Of a DNA stretch of 50,850 nt, positions 30,604 through 50,850 are shown one piece after another. The stretch comes from Chromera velia (lineage: Eukaryota). The stretch's first letter is position 1; every line of letters begins with the position of its first letter. Location of the stretch: the NCBI GenBank assembly GCA_018398765.1, contig JAHBMJ010000320.1, positions 1 to 50,850 of the forward strand, given 5' to 3'. The notes under the pieces were generated by a model. That model saw only the letters and a program-made list of their open reading frames with translations. It was not told where the DNA came from and made no database searches. Both the position numbers and the translations under genes were made by a program.

Positions 30604-32542
30604 TTTTCTTTTTCCTCTCTCTCCCTGTGTGTGTGTGTGTGTGTGTGTCCCTGTCTCTTGACGGGTCTTCTTTAAGTTCACTTTCTGTTGTTGGGTGCTG
30701 TCCTTTCCTTCCTTCCTTCCTTCCTCTCTGCAGCACTCGTTCCCAGAGATTGCTCAGAGAACGGCTGACGCCCCCGTAGCCCTCAGTAATCACCACCGAG
30801 CCGAAAAGCTGAGTCTCGGCCGGGCAGGACAGGGGGGACACGGGCATTCGGGTGTGCATCAGAACTTGAACCAAACGGCACTCCCTCAGGCTGAGAGGGA
30901 GGCCGAGGGGGAGGGGGATCGGATCGTGTTTGCGTCTGCCAAGAATCTGGCCCAGCGGCAGAAGAACCCCGAAGCGCGTCCCCATCACTCCCCGCCTCTC
31001 GAACAGGCCCTCGCTGCCAGCTCCGAGCTGCACGCCTCTGCTTCACGCCGGGGGGGNNNNNNNNNNNNNNNNNNNNNNNNNNNNNNNNNNNNNNNNNNNN
31101 NNNNNNNNNNNNNNNNNNNNNNNNNNNNNNNNNNNNNNNNNNNNNNNNNNNNNNNNNNNNNNNNNNNNNNNNNNNNNNNNNNNNNNNNNNNNNNNNNNNN
31201 NNNNNNNNNNNNNNNNNNNNNNNNNNNNNNNNNNNNNNNNNNNNNNNNNNNNNNNNNNNNNNNNNNNNNNNNNNNNNNNNNNNNNNNNNNNNNNNNNNNN
31301 NNNNNNNNNNNNNNNNNNNNNNNNNNNNNNNNNNNNNNNNNNNNNNNNNNNNNNNNNNNNNNNNNNNNNNNNNNGGGGGGGGGGGGCACTGCCAGCCCCG
31401 AGACGATCCTGGGTGCCTGTTTCCAACCCGACTCCGTCAGCGAACTGGACCGCACGCCCCTCTCCTGCAAGAATGCAGCCCATCCCTCGCTGATCTCCCG
31501 CTGGGCCCTGAAATCGTGTGAGCACTGGCCGCCCGGCCATTTCGGTGTGCAGTTCACCTATGAGTGCACCCCAGTGCACTACACCCACTGTCGTGTGGAG
31601 TACACAAACTACACTCCGAACTCGGAAAACCTGGGGGCCCTAGAGGCCCAAAAGGTGGCGTGCAGGGAGGACGAAGGCTTGAGAGTGCTAGCCTTCGACG
31701 GGGATATGGAAGAGGAGGGGGAACGGGGCACGTCTACGTACAGCGCAAAGAGGGGGAAGAATTTGAGGATTGTCACTGAGTGCTGCAAAGTCCCGAGGAT
31801 GGCTTCTGGGGCGTATCCGCCCACAGAGACGTCCGAGGGCTCCTGTGTGTTGTCCACGGAGAGACCTGTTGAGACCCTGAGCCTCCACACTGCAAAATGC
31901 GAGAGTGGTCAAGTCCTACGGGGCTGGCATCTCTCGAGATCGAATTGCGGGGGGTGGTGGGACATGAAGATGAAATCGGAGTGCGTTCACGTGCCGAATC
32001 CTTTTGTGACGAATTGCAATGAAGTTCTCGGAAAACGCATTCGGTACCTTGACGATCACTTCGTGTCTTGTGATTCGGGTTTGCTGAGGGGGTGGAGGCT
32101 TCAACAAGGAGAGTGTGCGCACTCCGAGGCCCAGATTGCATTCGAATGCGCCCCTGGAATCCACGGTAACTGCAAATCGCTGACCACTGACTGGCAGCCG
32201 GGGTACACAGGGACCGTCGAATATCTCGACCGTCACCCCATTCAGTGCCCAAAAGACCAGTCGAATCGGCCCATGGGCCTGAAGAGAATGGGGATGTGGG
32301 CCGATGGATTCAAAAGAAAAGTGAAGTTTGAGTACGAATGCTGCGAGGTCTATACCAACGAACGCACCCCCACTGTCACAAACAGTCCCTGCGTTGCAGC
32401 CCGAGGGAAGACGTTGGAGAGCCTTGAGCGTCTGCCTGTTGAGTGCTCGGACAGGCAGGTGCTCACCGGGTGGAGTCTGGTGGGGGACTGCGGGACATCG
32501 GACGGGATGAAAATGCGTGCTGAGTGTCTGGATTTGAAATAG
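29860..32542 (+). CDS. Secreted Cys-rich protein with six ~55-aa LDRHxVxC..LxGWxL..EC(C) repeats; two exons, assembly gap inside exon 2
   Basis: Exon 1 29860-29961 (MKLIFLSLSSTLLSSTGA.., donor GTCAGT) joins in phase 0 to CTGCAG|CAC at 30733; stop at 32542; TATAAAA near 29732. Confidence 0.85.
30290..30720. repeat. ~205-bp intronic tandem duplication of microsatellites plus a unique 65-bp core
   Basis: GTGTCCCTGTCTCTTGAC.GGTCTTCTTTA.GTTCACTTTCTGTTGTTGGGTGCTGTCCTTTCC at ~30440 and ~30645, just upstream of the acceptor at 30732. Confidence 0.85.
31057..31374. other. Assembly gap (others at 11603-11615 and 24492-24546)
   Basis: N runs next to G/C homopolymers, typical of short-read scaffolding. 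Confidence 0.98.
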
Positions 32543-34440
32543 AGAGATGAGGCATGCGCATTTAAGGGTAAACAGAGAGAAGGAAGGAAGGAAGGAAGCA
32601 AAGGCGAAAGAGCGTAGAAGGTGGGGGTCCAAATTGCGTGCGTGTGTGCCGAGTGTTTGCTTGTCTCTTCGTGTAAATTTACTCATCTCCGTCTACTTCC
32701 AGCTCTCCATTCGCTTCCACGTACCCTCGTAGAGGCGCGTTCAACTTAAAATTGAGTTGGTTCATTCGTGCAGATCCGATTGAATCGTTTTTCCACTACT
32801 TTAACTTAACTCACTCATTGGATGCATGGATGCATGCATGAGCGGGCCTCTTCTCATTTTATTTTGTTGTTTCTACTTTAAATTTCTTCTGACAGTATCT
32901 CCGTATGCACCCCTGCATCTCTCTCTCTCCCCCTCTCTCTCTCTTCGCTCTAGGCCCTCGTTGCCTTCAGGACCTCCTGAGCGAGCTCTGGACCCAAGGT
33001 GGCGGTGTGTCTTTTCCCTTTTGCCCCCATACAGCCTTCCGACTTAAAGTTCAATCTTTTCCCTCTCGATCCGTGCATCGATGAATTTGCCGGTGAAAGC
33101 ACTGTTGCAGGCATCTGAGAGCGAGACTGCGTCACAGTGTCTGCTTCTCTCTGCTGAGTGCATGAAAACAATACAAGGAAAGAAAAGGGAGAGAGAAGGG
33201 GGGGGGAAGGGAGGGAGGGAGGGAATATCCCTCTCGTTCTGGCTGCGGTCTGGTCTAAGTTCCTTCCTCCCTAGCTGCTTTCCTTGATTAAATAATTAAT
33301 TAATTTGTCTTGCATCTTCATTCGATCCGCTGAGCAAGATGAGAGGAATTCAAAACGTTGATACGGGTGCGACCCGTGCTCAGAATTTGAGTCAGAAAAC
33401 GTCCAATCCAGAATTAAATTAAATGCTTAAACAAATTATGCTTTATTCTACTAAGGTTTATAAGTGATAAGTGATCAATGATTTATTGGTGCCCTTGAGG
33501 ACTGTCGCCATTTTGTCTTGTAGAGGTCGCCCCCGCAAACGGCATCTCTGTTCTTTTACAAAAATCAAAAAGTTTTTCAATTAAAGCCAATGCATAACAG
33601 ATTCAATAGTATAGCATAACATGTGATAAAACAGTTGTTACTATGTTAATTCCCGCGCCGGCGGCGTGTCCTGCCGGGCACGTTAATGGCCCCGCAACAA
33701 CGAAGCCTCCTAGGGTTGGGCACTAAAGTTTTTGTTATATACTCTGCAAATACCTAGTAAGAATTAGTAATTAGTGCTTAGCTAGATGCTCACTGCTTAA
33801 TGATTTAATAGGATTAGGATTAGGATTAGGATTTATGTCCGGAGGATTGGCCTCCCACCCCAATGCCGAATGTCCGACGTGCAGCTTCCAAGGAAAGCGC
33901 CTAGACGTATCAGACCTCATAGACGTGCATAGACTGATTTAATTGCTGCCTAGGTAGAGCTGAGCACTGTCGCCGTTCTACCAGAAGTCGCCCCTACGAA
34001 CGGTAAAGGTGTATGCACCCCATTGTTGAGGCTTCAGACCGCACCCCTCAGCCTGCCTGAGGCTTCCCCCAGACCGTCAACGACCAACATTCTTTGTTTA
34101 CTTTGAATGCTTTGGGTTGGAAACTGATTGCTAGCTAGAGCCAAATCAAAAGATCGATCCAATTTAGACAGGAATTTAAACAGGAATTTAGAGGAAGTTA
34201 TAAGAATTTAGACAGGAATCTAAAGGAATTTAGAGCTCTAATTTCCTAAACTTTAGAGGTCAATTTCTCATGAACTATGATGAGTTGGAACTTGACATTA
34301 ATGGTGCTTATAGTAGCTTATGGACCTACTATAAGATCATTTGGATTCACCGTTTACGGGATACCATCAACTAAAATCTGCGGTAGAGGAGAACCTCTAG
34401 GGAGCAGAGCCTTTCCACAGTGGTGGACACATATACTCAC

Positions 34441-37002
34441 CGCGATCTTGATCAGCTCCAACTCGACGAACTCGAGACAGGGTCTGTCCGAGAGAGGGAG
34501 GCGCAAAGCAAAGCGCTGGCAGGCCTTGTCAAAAGTGAGCTGAGGGTGCGTGAGCCTGCAGGGAAAGGTCAAAGAAAGCAAAGCGAGTGAATCATTCAGA
34601 AGAGTGAGGCCAACTGTTGTAAGCAGAAAAAAAGGAAGGCAGATTGATTGAGAGAACTTGAAGACCTCTAAAGACCCGACTCTGTTCCTGCAGCGTTGGT
34701 CTAGCTCGATACAATCTGAATGAATGAATGAGGGAAATGGACAGACACTCAAGCCTCGCACGGATTACTCAACTCAAAACTCGAGACGACCTGACTGTCT
34801 GATGCTGCCACGGTTAATTGTTAATTGGGAGAGGACTTGCGAGACAAAATCAGCAGACATGTTTTCAACCTCCTCATGCAGACACAGACAGACCCCCACG
34901 AACGTGCAAAACAGTACTTGATCACCAACTTGCCCACGGACATGCACATGGCATCAGACAGAACCCGATACACAAACGTAAATATTTACACACATATGCC
35001 TTCATACGCTTCATATGTACAACGCAGAGAAACCTTTGCACACACGCGCGCACACGCGCATACGCACAAATATGAGCATTCTTTTATGCACATATATAAG
35101 TTCTCCCCCTCTCTCTTTCTCTGTCGCTCTCTATCTTTCTCACACATACATGTATCTATACACTTATACATGCACATACACACTCACACACATGCGCGTG
35201 GACATACGCACATATGCACATACGCACGTGCATACACACAACAGAATCGAAAGCAAGGGGCTGCTCAGCCGGCGTTCACGAGGGTCGAGCACAAAGACTG
35301 CAGCATGGGATCAACTACGAACCAACGCAGTGGAAGTTTCGCTTAGATCGAGAATTGACCGTTTTTGAGAAAACTAGAAATGCAGGGAAGGACTCACGCG
35401 ATTGCCAATTCGAGCACTTGCCGTGCTGCCCACTCTCGTCCTCTCCACATGGGAGAGAAACCTCCTGCGACTTCAAAAAAATCGCGCCTGACTTCCTCGT
35501 CCTTCTTCCCCTCTTCTTGCAAACACGTACGGGTTTGATCCCAAAGAGACGTCCAGAAAGATGTCATAATGAGAAGCAGTTGATCGTATGAGAAATGAGA
35601 TCGAGCTAGAACGAGAATGATCAGAAAACGAACTAAGAGAAAGAGAGCCGGAGAGAAACGTTTGACAGTGAAGAAAGACCGAAAAGAATATGAAAAGAGC
35701 CCACCAGTGAGTCAAGGAAGAAGGGAAGAAAGAAAGAATGAATGAATGAAGGAAGGAAGGAAAGAAAAAAAGAATGAAAGAAAGAAAAAAAGAAAGAAAG
35801 AAATAATGAATGAAGGAAAGAAAGAAAGAAAGAATGAAGGAACGAGCAAACGAAGAACAACAAAAAAGAAAGAACAGAGAGAGGGGAACAAAGACAAGAG
35901 AAAGCAAACCAAGGATGTTCACAAAAAAGGGAGATGTAATAACATTTGAAGAAAACATTCATGCAAATCTCATACATGCTCTCCGATTAATTTCCGACTG
36001 ACCCCCCTCACATCCCACATCTCAATGAGTTGAGCGATCCCGAGGTGGTTCATCAAGTACCATCAGAGAGGTCCTCCACGCACCAGAGAAAACAGCATCG
36101 TCCCGAGGGCGAACAGGTCAGGCTGGTCGGATGTGACCCTCAGAAACTGAAACTTGCCATCGAGGAAAATCTTGCACGCACACAGACAGTGTTCAGAGAA
36201 ACAAATGAAGAAAAGCAACGCTAACTAGCTCGCTGAATGTATGTGGACATGCAAAAATTGCTGATCGAGTGACTCACTTTTGGAACCCTGGAGTGATTTC
36301 GACGGGCAAGCTGGGAAGTGGAAAGCGGGGATGGAAAAGTGATTTTTAAATGAGCATGTTGAAGTTGGACTGACAGAGAATACTTGACAGCAAAGGCAAG
36401 CAGTGAATTCTTCCAAAAATAAAAAAGCAATGCCATCAACTCAGATACATAAGAGAACAGAACCGCAACAGGGGGGGGAGAAAGAGACGTCTGACCTGCT
36501 ATGGGAGGGAAAAGAGAGGAAAGCGGGCAGCACAAATTTGAGAAATACAAGACCCACTCGGCACTGAATGTGAAAAAAAAAATGCCATTTTGTGCTCCCG
36601 CTAATCCTTAGGATTATCGGTCACGAAAACAAAGGGGCAATCATGACAGAAAAAATCTCATCGTCAACTGCATAGGCATACCAAAGGGAAGCTCTGTTGC
36701 ATGCATTTGATAAGCCTGTGACCCACCAACCATGCAAAGAGGAAGGAAAGACAGGCGGCTGTATCCTATCATACAGAGGGTGAGAGAAAAAAAAAACGAA
36801 TGCGGAGAGAACTTTAAATTGATCAGGCGAACCAAAACAAAAATGAGGGGAACGAGAAAAAGACAATAACATGTCAGACAGAGAGTGAGAGAAGGACCGC
36901 ACTCGACACCCAAACAAAAAAAGAGAACGAGAGAGAGTTGGAAAGAAGCGAAATTATAAGAAAAAACAAACAAACGAGAGAGAGGAAGAGAGTGACAGAT
37001 AG

Positions 37003-37069
<67 letters not shown>

Positions 37070-37100
37070 GAGAGAGAGAGAGAGAAAGAGCAAGAAAGAG

Positions 37101-37143
<43 letters not shown>

Positions 37144-39440
37144 AAGTAAAAGAGAGAGTAAAAAAGAGAACAGAAAACAAAAAGGACAGAAAAAAAGGTA
37201 AACACACCACTGCCCGGCCTTGTAGCTGGGGTCGCACACCAGCGGCGTCCAAACAAAACGCTCCTGGGACTTGAGGTCCCAGAGCGGAAGGCTGGCCCCC
37301 AAATCCCCGATGACAACGTTGACGCTCTGAATACGTCCCCCAGGCTTTACAAAAGCCTGCTTCAGCTCAGCGTCGAAGTGTCCGATTCCGACGTATCGGT
37401 GGAGGAACTTAAGCCCTCGGGTGATGCCGATGGCCGCGAGGATCACTTCATCATAGGCGAGGAGCTTCACGGGCTCCCCGGAGGTCCTTTGAATCCCTCG
37501 GTCTGCAAGCAAAGAAGAGATTCAGAAAGGAGAAAAGCTACAGAGAGGAAAGCGGGCGGCACAAATTTAAGAAATACAAGACCCACTTGTGCACTGAATG
37601 TGAAAAAAGAAATGTTATTTTGTGCTCCCGATAATCCTTAGGATTATCGGTCAAGAAAACAAAGGAGCAATCATGACAGAAAAAATCTCATCGTCAACTG
37701 CACAGGCACACTAAAGGGAAGCCCTGTTGCATGCATTTGATGAGTCTGTGACCCACCAACCATGCAAACAGGAAGGAAAAACAGGCGGCTGTGTTGCAGA
37801 GAGGAAGGACGGACCGAGGACACAGAGAGCGTAGAAAGAAAAAAAAGAAGCAAGAAAGGAAAGAATAGCGAAAGACGGGCGGAAAGCAGGAAGGAAGAAC
37901 GGAAGAAAGGAAGGAAGAAAGAAAGGGAAAAAAGTCGAAAATAAGGGAACGGACGAAGGACAAAGACAAGCTGCGGAACCCTAGAGTTTTCAGAGGGCAA
38001 GAAGTCAAAAATTAAAGAGAAAGAAAGAAAATCAGGCGGGGCCTTCCAATAGGCACAAAGAAAAGAAAACGAGAGTGCTCGGCAGTTCAAGAGACACACG
38101 ACTACAGAACGACAGACAAATCACATGTCCGTGAAATTTAATGAGACAAACATGAAGAAAGAAGTGAATGACTGAGTCGTTGTGAGTTGCATGCAGTAAG
38201 AACGTTTTGGAAATGCAAATTCGGTCAGGCGTGTCTTGCCAAAAGAAAAATTGAGTGTGCCATAAACCGAAAGAGAAAGTGTGTCTGTCGAGTCAAGGAG
38301 GTACGTACGAAGGCAGATGCGAAAAAAAAATTTAAACAAAAAAAAGTTTGACTCTGCCTCGTCTCCAGGTCTCCGCCCTTGCACAAGTCCAACAAAATGC
38401 CGGTCGGTCCAAGCCCCCAACACTTCAGGACGTTCACCCCTCCCTAGTATCTCCTCTTTGTGTCCTCCACCCTTTCGTAGTTCTTTCCTTCCTCCTCTAG
38501 GTCTCCTCCTGACCTCGTTGACGACTTGAAGGCCCTTTTTACGGCTGAGAAGCATCAGAAGAGAACTTAGTCAGTGTGCATGAGAGGAGAGCGACGTGTG
38601 GGCACAAGGTCGGATGGACCGAAAGAAAGAGAGAAAGAAAGCGAAAAAGAGAGATGAATGAGTGAATAAGTGAATGAATAAATAATGCATGCATGCATGC
38701 ACGCATGAATCAATAAATCAGTGAATCAATGAAAGAAGGAGAGAAAGGAAGAAGGAAATAAATAAAAAATTACATAAATTAATGAATAAACAAATGAACA
38801 AAGAACGACCGACCAATCGACCGACCGAACGAAAGGAAGAATGAAAGAAAGGATTAAAGATTTGAAAAAAGAAAGAATGAAAGAATTGACTGAAGTACGT
38901 GTAAGCTTTATCCATTGACCTGTAGAGACACAGTTTGACACAATGAGATGTGGATGGATAAAAGGCTATATAGACGGACATATAGATTGACAGATTGTCA
39001 GATTCTGTACAAACATGTAGGAAGATGTATAGACAGAATCACGAGTGGAGCAGAGAACAGCAACAAGGCAGAGGCTGGATGAACAATCATTCGAAAGAGA
39101 AGAAAGTCTTAACCTCCATATGAAAGCTTTATGCAACGGTTCTTGTTCATTTGAAGGTGCGGAGAAAGCATGTACGTTCAAAGCAGCATGCGGACAAACA
39201 CACGTGCATCGAAACATCTCTAGAACCTTACCTTTGCTCCAGAAGTCTTGGACCCAGACCTCGTGAACCTCTCCATAGCTTCCTTCTCCAAGCTTCTTCC
39301 CTTCCTTCTTTTTGTCCTCCACAAACTGCCAACAACACATGCATGCAGAAGGAAATCAACAAATATGCTTGCCTGCGTGCATAGAAGGAAATCAGAGGAC
39401 TTGGACTGCGAGAATGCACCTTTTGCGTGAGATTTTGCAT
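34441..39440 (-). pseudogene. Protein kinase-domain gene, probable pseudogene or pseudokinase
   Basis: Exons give LGEGSYGEV (I), K|AVK (II, phase-1 junction), EEE (III), ILLDLCKGGDL (V), GLKFLH..HFDAELKQ (VI, lacks K and N of HRDLKxxN), GDLG (VII), no APE, DLFALG (IX), LSDRPCLEFVELEL (XI, exon 34555-34441). In-frame TAG at 38446-38444; possible TGA at 36065-36063. Confidence 0.8.
36513..37792. repeat. ~250-bp intronic element in two diverged copies (36513-36762 and 37542-37792) with a central palindrome
   Basis: Colinear, roughly 90% identical by eye; CCGATAATCCT-T-AGGATTATCGG at 37628-37650, one mismatch in the other copy. Confidence 0.9.
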
Positions 39441-40184
39441 GTTGTTGGGCTTTTCCTTCTTTACCTCCCAGCTACTCTATGCCCTCAGGGTTATATATAC
39501 ACGGAAGAAATCACTTCAAAATTAAGTGGCAAAAACGACACTCGAAAGTACGTGGTCTTGGGAGAGTCAGTCTGCTGTTTGTCTGGTCTCGCTCCCTCTC
39601 CACTCAGAGCGATTCACGCGTAGACGTTTCTTTCTGTCTGTTCTTGTTGCCTGCATAGACGCGTGGGTGCTCGCTGTCGCAGGATACGATGTGGATGAAG
39701 AAGAGAAAGAGAGAGAAGACATTTCAGCAAACTTCATTTCTTTTTCTTGTTTTGATTTGTTTCGTATACATCGATGTGCATGCATGTACTTCTTTAATTT
39801 CTTTCATTTTCGGAGTATCGATCGATCGCTCTCACTGCGCGCTCGGTATTTCTTGATTATCACTTATTTTCGAGACGGCGGGATCCCGGAATTCTGGACG
39901 CTATAGGCTAGACTCGGATCCGCCCTCTGTGCACGGGGATGCGGCGTGCACAACACATGCTAGAAGAGATGCCCGTACCACCCCGCCTCTAACCCCTTGA
40001 CCCTCAATCATCAATAATCAACAAATTATGGCCGCTAGGACCAAACTTCTGACGTACCATAATTCTGACAACTTGTTCACCAACTAATTTAGACTAACTT
40101 TACTACTAAGGCTAAATCTGCCCCTCATACATGGGAATGCAGTTTAGGCTTTAGGGGTTTAAGGTTTAGGCTAAACCCTAAAAC

Positions 40185-41789
40185 CAGGGTTGCTTTTCTG
40201 GTCGATAACAGGTCTAGTCTACCGGCAATTGCCGGTAACCGGTAATGGCCTCAGTCTGCCTTCCTTTTACCAACAAAAAAAATAATAAAAATTAGGGTCC
40301 CAAAAAAAAAATTTCGCCTGCAGCACCAACCTTCAAAAACATGTTTTTAAGTGTTTATTGGCATTTGAAAAGCCTATTCACACACAAAAAAAAATAAAAA
40401 AAATATTTAAAAAATATAAATTTTTAACTGTTTCACCCTCTAACAGCTCTGTGACAGCGTCTGTCCAACAACTACTCTCTTTTTTAACTTTGCTTCATCT
40501 CTCACTGTTCTGTTTCTTTGTATATCAGGCCTTGACCGTCATTAGAGAGCGATCAAAATAAGAGATGGAAAAAGTTTACTTCTTTCTGAAAAACGAGGAG
40601 ATGGTAAGCCTGCGGTTCTGTACTTGTGCAGCCCCTGCCCAGTTTGCTGAGAGGGGAGGAGCAAGAAGAACATTGCCTCCTCAAGCTCCCCCCGTGGTAT
40701 GGCTGGGTCTAGGGCTGGGTGGTCTCAAACGGAAAGAGGAAGGGGCGGATGCGGTTGCTGCACCGCGGCTGTAAAAAGAAGTCGGAGCGACCGGCACCTG
40801 AGGGGACTGAACATTAGTAGAGGCTGGGGCAAAGGGGGAGAGAACATGAATCATAACTCTTTTTGGAGAGCCTTCTTCTTCTACGCTGCGTCTCCCTCTT
40901 TTCTTCCCTCTTCTCTTTAAAGGTGGCGGGTCTCTGGGCCTTTCTTTTCCCGCCTCCTCTTCTTATACCTGCACCTCTTCCTCTACTCTGCCCCCCCCGT
41001 TTGCCTCAACATCGTCTCCTACCTCTTCCTCCTCATCCCCTCCCCTCTCCTCCTCTTCTTCTTTGCCATCCCTATCTCCGTCCGCTTAATTATAATCATA
41101 CACAAAGGTCCACAGTGACTTGCTTTTCGTTCCTATACTCGCTTTCTTTGTCTCTGTCTGCTCACACACAAACCCAATTGCCTTTCGTTCATATACTTGC
41201 CCTCCCTGTCTCTATAAACGCCCAACCGCCTTTCGTTCACATACTTGCTTTCCCTATCTCAGAGTCTGTTCACTTATTTACTTATGATTCTTTCATGTCT
41301 GCTTGCTTGCAGATGGCAAATCTCTACCCCCCTGGGTCTCTGGAGTCAGAGGCCCTTCAAGGTCTCAGACATTAGCTTTTAGCGGTGGGTCTTTCTTTGG
41401 AGGCTGGAGCACTGGATTGGGGGGACCACCTAAACTTTGAGAATCGTACGGGTGCATCTGTCTGGGCCAGCTGTGGTCATTGCGGCTAGCGGTTCTCTAT
41501 TTTTTGGTGCCAAGTGTAAGACGGGACCGATCGCTTCGACCTGCGTCATCTTTAAGCACACTGGCCGCATAGCTGTCCCTACAGATGACGCATTGACTTT
41601 TTGAATTGACCTTAAGTCTAGCCTTAAGTACTTGATTGATTGACCTATAACCTAGGACTTAGGTTATTGAAAAGTGTTAGTGACTGTATGAATTCTGCCA
41701 AGTCTTTGTTAACTGCCAGTAAACTCTGCCGGTAATTACCGGTTACCGGTAATGAAGCTTGTTTACTGCCGAAAAAATCGGTAACCCTG
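40185..41789. mobile_element. Non-autonomous hAT-like DNA transposon, 1605 bp
   Basis: TIRs CAGGGTTGC (40185) and GTAACCCTG (41781-41789); perfect 8-bp TSD CCTAAAAC (40177-40184, 41790-41797); CCGGTAA/TTACCGG clusters at both subtermini; no transposase ORF. Confidence 0.85.
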
Positions 41790-42899
41790 CCTAAAACATC
41801 ATTTTTACAGGTATAAACTTAATTTTTTAGTCTGTGCTGCCCATAATCCTCTGACTAGGTTTCTAACCTATAAACCTAACCTAAAACCTGAACTAACCTT
41901 AACCTAAGCCTCCTAACCTGACCTCACCTATTCTAACCTAACCTGATTAGATAGATACCTTGAGTTACAAAAGTTCTCTTATAGCTCATGAAGATCGCTT
42001 ATGTATTTTTTTAATTCTTTATAACCGATGTTTAGGTGACATTCAAAAGTTTAGGTTTAAGGAGGTTCTAGGGGAGGTTATTGCAGGCAATATGACTATA
42101 AGCGAAAATTGCTGCGAAATTACTTTAAATTTTTTTAAATATACCTAGATCGAAAATTACTCAGCTAAATTACTTAAGCTTGACTCAAACTTGCAGGGTA
42201 TATCATACACAGAAGAGCACTAGGAAGACAATGTATAGTGTCAATTAATCTTCGGGGCTAGGTTTTAGCTGGGTTTTTCCATTTGCCCACACGCTGCGAC
42301 ACGCATATATTAATTACATTAGTACAAAAAGTAAATTCAATACTACGTAAGTGTTTTAATCAGTTGTTTCATCAGAACAGTTCCGGCCATGCATACATGG
42401 TGCGATACATGCATTGGAAAACCGAATGCATTCATGATGCACTGCGGAGACCATGCTTAACTTGAATACCGTGCATGGCTAAACCAAAATCATTCATCCA
42501 CCCACCTAGCCACCCTCTCATTGATCAGTACAAAAAGCTCTGAATAGTCCTTAGAGAGGAGACAAAGACCTCCAGAGAAATCCACAAACCAAAACAGCAC
42601 TAGAAAACAGCAGCGTCTCCGACACACGCGTGCTCCTCGCAGTGGGAGAATGAGCACACAGACTGACCCATGATGTGGAGGACAGGACCGAAAGAAACCG
42701 AGGAAACACAAACAGCCGGTGGCGCTGTATGATACATCTCCCACTGACCCCCCTTCCTCTTCCCTTTTGTTTCCTTCCTTCCCCTATAAGAAGACTGTCA
42801 GAACTGATTTCCAATCAACCTTCACAGGAGCACTTTGACCCGCGCTGCATGTGTTCCTCTGCATGGGCCTCCTTTCCTTTCCTTTCCTTTCATTCGGAC

Positions 42900-50850
<7,951 letters not shown>

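Noticed and set aside
35265..35300. FVLDPRERR as kinase subdomain XI
   Set aside because: Out of phase with the preceding donor; exon 34555-34441 is in phase and gives a better motif.
38444..38470. Alternative genetic code, or a 27-nt intron (GTGGAG..TACTAG) rescuing the kinase TAG
   Set aside because: TAG and TGA end other genes here normally; the putative intron is very short, purine-rich and lacks a pyrimidine tract.

Overview
Eukaryotic, intron-rich nuclear DNA. GC-rich exons, introns packed with (GT)n/(TC)n/(TTTC)n/(CCTG)n microsatellites, AT-rich spacers and three scaffold N-gaps suggest a chromerid alveolate such as Chromera velia (inference, not proven). Most ORF-track entries are microsatellite or antisense noise, so genes were rebuilt by hand from GT-AG junctions with phase checks. 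Genes found: (1) a signal-peptide LCAT3/4-like phospholipase/acyltransferase (minus, 12184-5400) that can splice in frame into downstream Cys-rich, single-TM, long-tail exons (to 453); (2) a divergently transcribed RS-repeat/dsRBD-like/UPF1-like half-helicase with frameshifts; (3) a prokaryote-type phosphatidate cytidylyltransferase; (4) two divergent secreted Cys-rich protein genes; (5) a protein-kinase pseudogene or pseudokinase with an in-frame TAG; (6) a large, 5'-incomplete hypothetical helical protein gene. There are also two non-autonomous TIR DNA transposons with 8-bp TSDs. The leads most worth testing are the possible phospholipase-receptor fusion controlled by a 54-nt stop-containing intron, and repeated tandem duplication of 3' splice-site units in several introns. 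No CRISPR, tRNA or rRNA could be supported.
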